Shown here: positions 30,890-36,321 of the stretch, piece after piece
How the letters are laid out: each line of letters starts with the position of its first letter
How positions within the stretch are numbered: the stretch's first letter is position 1
Assembly: GCA_038209745.1 (NCBI GenBank)
Contig: JBBQXJ010000045.1
Span: 1-36,321 of the forward strand
Reading direction: 5' to 3'
From: Verrucomicrobiota bacterium
GTDB taxonomy: Bacteria; Verrucomicrobiota; Verrucomicrobiia; Limisphaerales; CANJSG01
DNA: 36,321 bases
Notes under the pieces: generated by a model
Database searches by the model: none
Seen by the model: the letters and a program-made list of their open reading frames with translations, nothing else
What the model was told of the DNA's origin: nothing
Position numbers and translations under genes: made by a program

Positions 30890-31531
30890 CTACGCCGAGT
30901 TCTCCTGGATGAAGAAGCTCAGGTTCTCCAGCTCCATCGCGAGGTTCACGGAGTTGACCATGACCTCGTCCGGCACGCTGAGCACGATGGGGGCGAAGTT
31001 GAGGATGCCGGCGATGCCGTTTTGGACGAGGAGATTGGCGACTTCCTGGGCGGCGGCGGCCGGCACGGTCAGGATGGCCATCTTGACGTTGTGTTCCCGG
31101 ATGAAGGCCGGCAGCGCCTCCATCGGGAGGACGGGCTTGGGGCTGTTGCGCTTGTCCTTCAACGCGGATTCCGAATCGAACGCGGCCACGATCTCGAAGC
31201 CTTCCTGGTCGAATCCCCTGTAGAACAGCAGCGCGCGACCGAGGTTTCCGACACCGACGAGGATGACGGGCTGGAGACTGGTGGTGCCCAGGGTGTCGGC
31301 GATCGTCTTGGACAACTGCTCGACGTCGTAGCCCAACCCCCGGGTGCCGAACTGGCCGAAGTAGGTCAGATCCTTGCGCAGCTGAGTCGGTTTGACCCCG
31401 GCGGCTTTGGCCAGGGCCTCGCTGGAAACCGTCTGGATGTGGTTGATTTTAAGACGAGAAAGACAGCGAAGATAGACTGAAAGGCGGTAGATGGCCTTTT
31501 TCGGGATTTCTGGACGTGGCGGACGTTTCAA
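30890..31531 (-). CDS. rex: Redox-sensing transcriptional repressor Rex
   Basis: IPKKAIYRLSVYLR, VSSEALA, QLRKDLTYFGQFGTRGLGY, VGVGNLGRAL, ILNFAP; TTG start at 31531, at the 3' end of the 965-aa ORF. Confidence 0.96.
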   Translation of the reverse strand: MKRPPRPEIPKKAIYRLSVYLRCLSRLKINHIQTVSSEALAKAAGVKPTQLRKDLTYFGQFGTRGLGYDVEQLSKTIADTLGTTSLQPVILVGVGNLGRALLFYRGFDQEGFEIVAAFDSESALKDKRNSPKPVLPMEALPAFIREHNVKMAILTVPAAAAQEVANLLVQNGIAGILNFAPIVLSVPDEVMVNSVNLAMELENLSFFIQENSA

Positions 31532-31657
31532 GTAGGGGGACGCTAGGACCGATCCTTCGAGGGCACAAGAGGCTGGATCGAACCGCCTCCGACGAGGGTC
31601 CTTGCTTTGAAGGGACGGCTGGCGTCCGGGTCCGCACTGTCGGTAGCGTCCGGGCCG

Positions 31658-33358
31658 GTGAAGAAATACGATCTCAACGCGTGGACCGTGGCGTTCCTGG
31701 TATTCCTCGCGCTGTTCTTCGGCGTGTTCCTGATCTACCCCGTCGGCTACATGCTGAAGGGCGCGTTCGGCGGGAAGGGCGAATTCACCCTCAAATACTT
31801 CGCCCTGATCCTCGAAAGCCCGCTCCAACGGGAAGCCATCTTCAACAGCTTCGTCATCGCCGGTCTGACCACCTTTTTCGTCACCTGTCTCACCTTGCCG
31901 TTGGCGCATGTGATGACGCGGTTCAAGTTCACCGGTAAGGCGCTGCTCGGCGGTCTTCTCCTGATCCCGATGATCATGCCGCCCTTCGTTGGCGCGCTCG
32001 GGCTCAAGCAACTCCTCGCCCGCTACGGCTCGGTGAATCTCCTTCTGATGGATCTCGGCCTGATGCAACCGGACCACCCCTTCGACTGGTTCGGCAGCGG
32101 CGGCCTGTGGGGAGTGGTCCTCCTGCAAACCTTCAGCCTCTATCCCATCCTGTTCCTCAACGTTTCGGCCGCGATGGCGAACATCGATCCCTCCCTCCGC
32201 GAATCGGCCCAAAACCTCGGGGCCGGCGGCTGGCGGCTCTTCCGCACCGTCACATTGCCGCTCATCCTGCCGGGCTACTTCGCCGGCGCGGTCATCGTCT
32301 TCATCTGGTCGTTCACCGATCTGGGGACGCCGCTGATCTTCGGCCTGCAACGCGTGGTGCCGGTCCAGATCTTCGACTCGATCAGCGACCTGAACACGAA
32401 CCCGATGGGCTACGCGCTGGTGGTCTTCGTCCTCGCGCTGGTCTTCGTCCTGTTCCTCCTGAGCAAGAAGTTCTTCGCCGGCAAACGCCACGAGATGATC
32501 GCACGGGGCCACGTCGGCGGAGCGGAAAGCGAGGCCGGCAAACGCGGCACCCTGCTCATCTGGGCCGGCGGCGGCGGCTTGATCGCCCTGGCCCTGGTGC
32601 CCCATGTCGCGGTGATCGTGCAGTCGCTCGCGGAACGCTGGTTTTTCACCGTGCTGCCGGATGGCTGGACGACGAAACACTACGGAGAGGTCTTCGGCCA
32701 CGGGCTGACCGCGTCGAGCATCCGCAACAGCCTCTTCTACTCCAGCCTGAGCGCCCTCCTCGATCTGGTGCTGGGCGTCATCATCGCATGGCTTTTGACG
32801 CGACGGAAGATTCCGGCGGCGGGACTGCTGGACGCGCTGGCCATGCTGCCCCTCGCCATTCCCGGACTGGTCATCGCCTTCGGCTATGTGGCGGCGTTCG
32901 ACTTCGACATCAAATGGCTCAATCCCCGGTCGAACCCGACGATGCTGCTGGTGATCTCCTACGCCGTGCGCCGCCTGCCCTACATCGTGCGCGCGGCCTA
33001 TGCGGGCTTCCAGCAGACCAGCGTCACGCTGGAAGAAGCCTCGTCGAATCTCGGTGCATCGCCGCTGCGGACCCTGCGGAAGATCACCCTGCCCCTGATC
33101 ATGGCCAACCTGATCGCCGGCACGATCCTCACCTTCTCCTTCGCCATGCTGGAGGTCAGCGACGGCCTGATCCTGGCGATGGGCGAAAAGTACTACCCCA
33201 TCACCAAGATGATCTACCAGCTCATCGGCCGGCTCGATCCGATGGCCCCCAGCGTGGCCTGCGCGCTCGGCGTGGTGGGCATGGCCATCCTCACGGCCAG
33301 TCTGCTGCTCGCGGGCAAGCTGCTCGGGAAGAAGATGGGGCAGATCTTCCGGGCCTAG
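31658..33358 (+). CDS. Fe(III)/thiamine-type ABC transporter permease (FbpB-like, two fused domains)
   Basis: PMIMPPFVGA, DPSLRESAQNLGA and LEEASSNLGAS EAA loops, PLAIPGLVIAFGY; GTG 31658 chosen. Confidence 0.92.
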   Translation: MKKYDLNAWTVAFLVFLALFFGVFLIYPVGYMLKGAFGGKGEFTLKYFALILESPLQREAIFNSFVIAGLTTFFVTCLTLPLAHVMTRFKFTGKALLGGLLLIPMIMPPFVGALGLKQLLARYGSVNLLLMDLGLMQPDHPFDWFGSGGLWGVVLLQTFSLYPILFLNVSAAMANIDPSLRESAQNLGAGGWRLFRTVTLPLILPGYFAGAVIVFIWSFTDLGTPLIFGLQRVVPVQIFDSISDLNTNPMGYALVVFVLALVFVLFLLSKKFFAGKRHEMIARGHVGGAESEAGKRGTLLIWAGGGGLIALALVPHVAVIVQSLAERWFFTVLPDGWTTKHYGEVFGHGLTASSIRNSLFYSSLSALLDLVLGVIIAWLLTRRKIPAAGLLDALAMLPLAIPGLVIAFGYVAAFDFDIKWLNPRSNPTMLLVISYAVRRLPYIVRAAYAGFQQTSVTLEEASSNLGASPLRTLRKITLPLIMANLIAGTILTFSFAMLEVSDGLILAMGEKYYPITKMIYQLIGRLDPMAPSVACALGVVGMAILTASLLLAGKLLGKKMGQIFRA

Positions 33359-33453
33359 CGGCAGGGCCGACGCCTCAAAAGAGACAGCACCGCTGGGCAT
33401 TTCTGATCCCAACGTGTCTGACGAAAGCGGGTGAATGGCCGTGGAACCGCCAG

Positions 33454-33547
33454 GTCTTGGACCGCGGTGGCTGGACACCGCTTTGGAGCGGCCACCTCGT
33501 CCGTCCGGGCCTCGCCCAAGCGCCGGCCAGCCAGCGCACTCCAAGGC
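33454..33547. repeat. Degenerate REP-like palindrome
   Basis: GTCTTGGACCGC...GCACTCCAAGGC imperfect terminal IR with inner GCGGTG/CACCGC hairpin; intergenic. Confidence 0.55.
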
Positions 33548-33656
33548 GCGCGCGTTCTCCACAGGAAACTTGCCTTTTTGATGCGCCACCCCTGCGCGTG
33601 ACGACCTCGCGGCTTGCCATGGACCGCGCCAACCCGTATCCGGTTTCCAGCCGATC

Positions 33657-35600
33657 GTGACCGCTCCCGACACCCATCCCAACCAGCACCCGCTCGTCCC
33701 GGGCCGAGTGCTCGCGTCCATCATGGGCGCGCCGCCGGATCGGCGCCTGCTCGCGTTGGGCGAAGAGACGCTCGCGGTCTTCGACACCTACAGCCGCGCC
33801 GATCTGTGCGCCTACTTCCAGGAAAGCGGTGTGATCGACGTGCGCCAGTCGCGGCGGGTGCAGGTGTCGGACGAGGCGTTCCTGGCCGCATGGCACCAGT
33901 TGGAGCCGAGGCTGGGCGACGTGGCGGCGACCCTCGAAGCGGATGAAGGCAGCGTGCGGCTGCTGGCCCGCACGCTCTTCGCCGCCCGGCTCTTCAGCGA
34001 ATATCTGGAGGTGCTGACGCCGCCCGACCTGTCGTTCGAGCGCACGGCCACGGCGACCCTCGATCTCGTCCAGCTCTTCGGCGAAGTGTTCCAGCAGTTC
34101 GTCGGCGCGGCCTGGGGGACCTACTTTCCGAAAACGGAGTTGTCGCTGCATCAGAACGCCACCGCCCAGTTTTGGGTGGCGTGCCTCACGAACAGCAGCC
34201 CGGGCGAGATGACGGGCGGCTTCATCGGGCTCTTCCGCCCCGAACACCGGGAACGCTTCAAGATCCTGAACCGCGACTACGTGCCGCCGCGCGGGTTGAG
34301 GATCGAGGACGGGATCACGCGCTTCATCGACCAGTCGCGCGACCGCGTGGCCAAGCTGCACCAGGCGGTGGAATCCTCCGTGCGCGAGGGCATGGACCGG
34401 CAGTTCGCCGAGCTCATCCGGTTGGCGACGAAGCTGCAGCTGCCGGGCTTGGTCGTCGAATTCTTCGAGGGGCTGGCCCGGCACATCTGCGAGTCGTTCG
34501 CCGAGATGGACGGCACGGTTTCGTCGAAGGAAGACCGCGTCACCCAATACGCGATGCAGCAGATCAGCGCCGCTGCGGGCGCGGCCCGGGGAGATTCGGC
34601 CCGCTCGGGCCGGGCGGCCAACGACCTGACGGCGCTCATCGCGGAGCTGGACGAACTCGTCGGCTTGGGCGCGGTGAAGGACAAGGTCAAGCAGCTGACC
34701 AATTTCGCCCGGCTCCAGCAGCTCCGCGCGCGCCAGGGACTGCCGGCCATCCCCACCAGCTACCACACCGTCTTCAGCGGCAATCCCGGCACGGGCAAGA
34801 CCACGGTCGCCCGGTTGATGGGCCGCATCTACCAGGCGCTCGGGCTCCTGCGAAAGGGCCACCTGGTCGAGTGCGACCGCTCCAGCCTCGTCGCGGAATA
34901 CGTCGGCCAGAGCGGCCCCAAGACGAACGCCGTGATCGACTCGGCGCTGGATGGAATCCTCTTCATCGACGAAGCCTACAGCCTGGTGAAGGACCACGAG
35001 GACTTCGGGGCCGAAGCCATCGAAACGCTGCTGAAGCGCATGGAGGACAACCGCGACCGGTTGATCGTGATCGTCGCGGGTTATCCGGAACTGATGGAGC
35101 GGTTCATCGGTTCCAACCCAGGTCTGCACTCCCGCTTCACCCGTTTCATCGAGTTCCCCGACTACGCGCCGGTGGAGCTCTGCCGGATCTTCGGCCGCAT
35201 GTGCCGCAAACACGCCCTGCGGCTTTCACCGGGTCTGAAGGAACGGGTCATCCACCACTTCCACTGGTTGCACGCCTCCCGCGACGAATCCTTCGGCAAT
35301 GCCCGCCTCGTTCGGAACTGTTTCGAGACGGTCATCAACCACCAGGCTTCGCGCCTGGCGGACGTCGCCCGCGTGACACCGGAGATGGTCTCCTGTCTCG
35401 AGGAGAACGACCTGCCATCCCCGGCCGAACGCACCCACGCCGAACACCGTCGTTCCGAAGCCGGCTACGCCGTGAAGTGTCCGGCCTGCCAGACGTCCCA
35501 TGCCTGGAGCGGCGACATGGATGTGCTCAACGCGCAATGCGTCCAATGCTCCGTGGAGTATGATGGCGACTTCGGCGAACCCCTTCCAGGCATGGAATAA
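33657..35600 (+). CDS. AAA+ ATPase, SpoVK/CbbX/EccA-like, with a long unassigned N-terminal region and C-terminal Cys4 ribbon
   Basis: LDELVGLGAVK, GNPGTGKTTVAR, ILFIDEAYSL, VIVAGY, SNPGLHSRF, FGNARLVRN; CPAC...CVQC. Confidence 0.9.
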   Translation: MTAPDTHPNQHPLVPGRVLASIMGAPPDRRLLALGEETLAVFDTYSRADLCAYFQESGVIDVRQSRRVQVSDEAFLAAWHQLEPRLGDVAATLEADEGSVRLLARTLFAARLFSEYLEVLTPPDLSFERTATATLDLVQLFGEVFQQFVGAAWGTYFPKTELSLHQNATAQFWVACLTNSSPGEMTGGFIGLFRPEHRERFKILNRDYVPPRGLRIEDGITRFIDQSRDRVAKLHQAVESSVREGMDRQFAELIRLATKLQLPGLVVEFFEGLARHICESFAEMDGTVSSKEDRVTQYAMQQISAAAGAARGDSARSGRAANDLTALIAELDELVGLGAVKDKVKQLTNFARLQQLRARQGLPAIPTSYHTVFSGNPGTGKTTVARLMGRIYQALGLLRKGHLVECDRSSLVAEYVGQSGPKTNAVIDSALDGILFIDEAYSLVKDHEDFGAEAIETLLKRMEDNRDRLIVIVAGYPELMERFIGSNPGLHSRFTRFIEFPDYAPVELCRIFGRMCRKHALRLSPGLKERVIHHFHWLHASRDESFGNARLVRNCFETVINHQASRLADVARVTPEMVSCLEENDLPSPAERTHAEHRRSEAGYAVKCPACQTSHAWSGDMDVLNAQCVQCSVEYDGDFGEPLPGME

Positions 35601-35683
35601 AAGCCTCCGGCCGGAACCGACGCCGCACGTCGGGCCACTCCGGGCGGACGCCGAAGAGATCGTCCGTATCCGACCTTGTTTCG

Positions 35684-36321
35684 TCATGGCCGACCGAGGA
35701 CGCGGCTGGAGGAACGTGAAGAGGTCCGTCCGATGACGCAGCCCGTTCTTCGCGATGCGGAAGTGCGGTTCGCGAAAGCGGGAATGTCGAGATGGTCCGA
35801 AATCTTGGCGGTCTTCACCTCCTCGGTGAAGTCCACCACGCTCTCAAGAATGCGCGTCGGTTGGGAGACGTTGTCTCCGAGGTTTTCCAGCCTGGTCGAA
35901 CCGGTGAGCACCAGATGGCCGGGCAGGTCCGATTCTATCGCTCCGCCGATGTCGGTCTCCATCGGGTCGCCGATCATCAACACCTGTTCCACCTCGGTCC
36001 GGGAAACATCGGCCAGCTTCTTGCGGGCCCGGTGGAACATGGAGCCGTTCGGCTTGCCCAAGTAGTAGGTGCGGCGACCGCTGCTGGCCTCAAGGAAGGC
36101 CGCCGTGGCGCCCGTCCAAGGTCGGGTCCTCTCCGGGCACACTGGGCACCCGTTGTCGAGATTGGTCGCCAGCAGACGATCGCCCGTCTCCGGGCATCCG
36201 TGCGCCTTGGCCACCCGTTCCATGGAGACGGCCCCTTCGCCCAACGCAAACCCGGGGCAACCGGCATCGGCTTCGCTGAGGAAGTCGGCCGTGTTCATGG
36301 CCGGGGTGTAGAAATTTTTCG
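35684..36321 (-). pseudogene. NagD-like HAD-IIA hydrolase, degenerate; 5' end outside the window
   Basis: FYT.AM.TADFL, LATNLD, YLGKPN, MIGDPMETDI, LVLTGST; about 25 aa missing after GEG; several motif substitutions. Confidence 0.72.

Noticed and set aside
31532..31657. Rex operator in the rex/permease intergenic region
   Set aside because: No TTGTGAA-N4-TTCACAA-like palindrome is visible.
30890..33787. 965-aa Rex fusion protein
   Set aside because: Only the last ~213 aa are Rex; the rest is the antisense shadow of the ABC permease in high-GC DNA.

Overview
High-GC (roughly 65%) bacterial chromosomal segment. The gene content (DUF5069, DUF1080, PQQ-like propeller, CBM96/DNRLRE, tandem pilT) suggests Verrucomicrobiota, which is an inference. 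It is mostly housekeeping and accessory metabolism: GNAT (partial), glutathione peroxidase, MidA-type methyltransferase, two PilT-family ATPases plus a receiver-like gene, DUF5069, DUF885, HGSNAT-like acyltransferase, O-methyltransferase, larE, TPP riboswitch-thiC, AsmA-like, a HlyD/ABC exporter operon with an amber-interrupted permease, a Tat-exported TIM-barrel enzyme, DUF485-actP, ndk, AraC regulator-rhaA, rex, an FbpB-type permease, a SpoVK/CbbX-like AAA ATPase and a decaying NagD-like HAD gene. The best candidate for an undescribed system is a zero-gap gene pair: a secreted protein made only of carbohydrate-binding modules, and a membrane receptor joining a Ser/Thr pseudokinase to an apparently degenerate DUF1080 domain. 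Also notable: an internally deleted but in-frame IS481 sharing one CTAG between two stop codons, two copies of a structured MITE/REPIN-like element, and a ~1 kb decay region holding a 9 x 21 bp tandem array, a REP-like palindrome, an hsdM 5' stub and an alpha/beta-hydrolase 3' stub. No CRISPR, rRNA or tRNA was seen. All family calls come from motif recognition by eye, not database searches.
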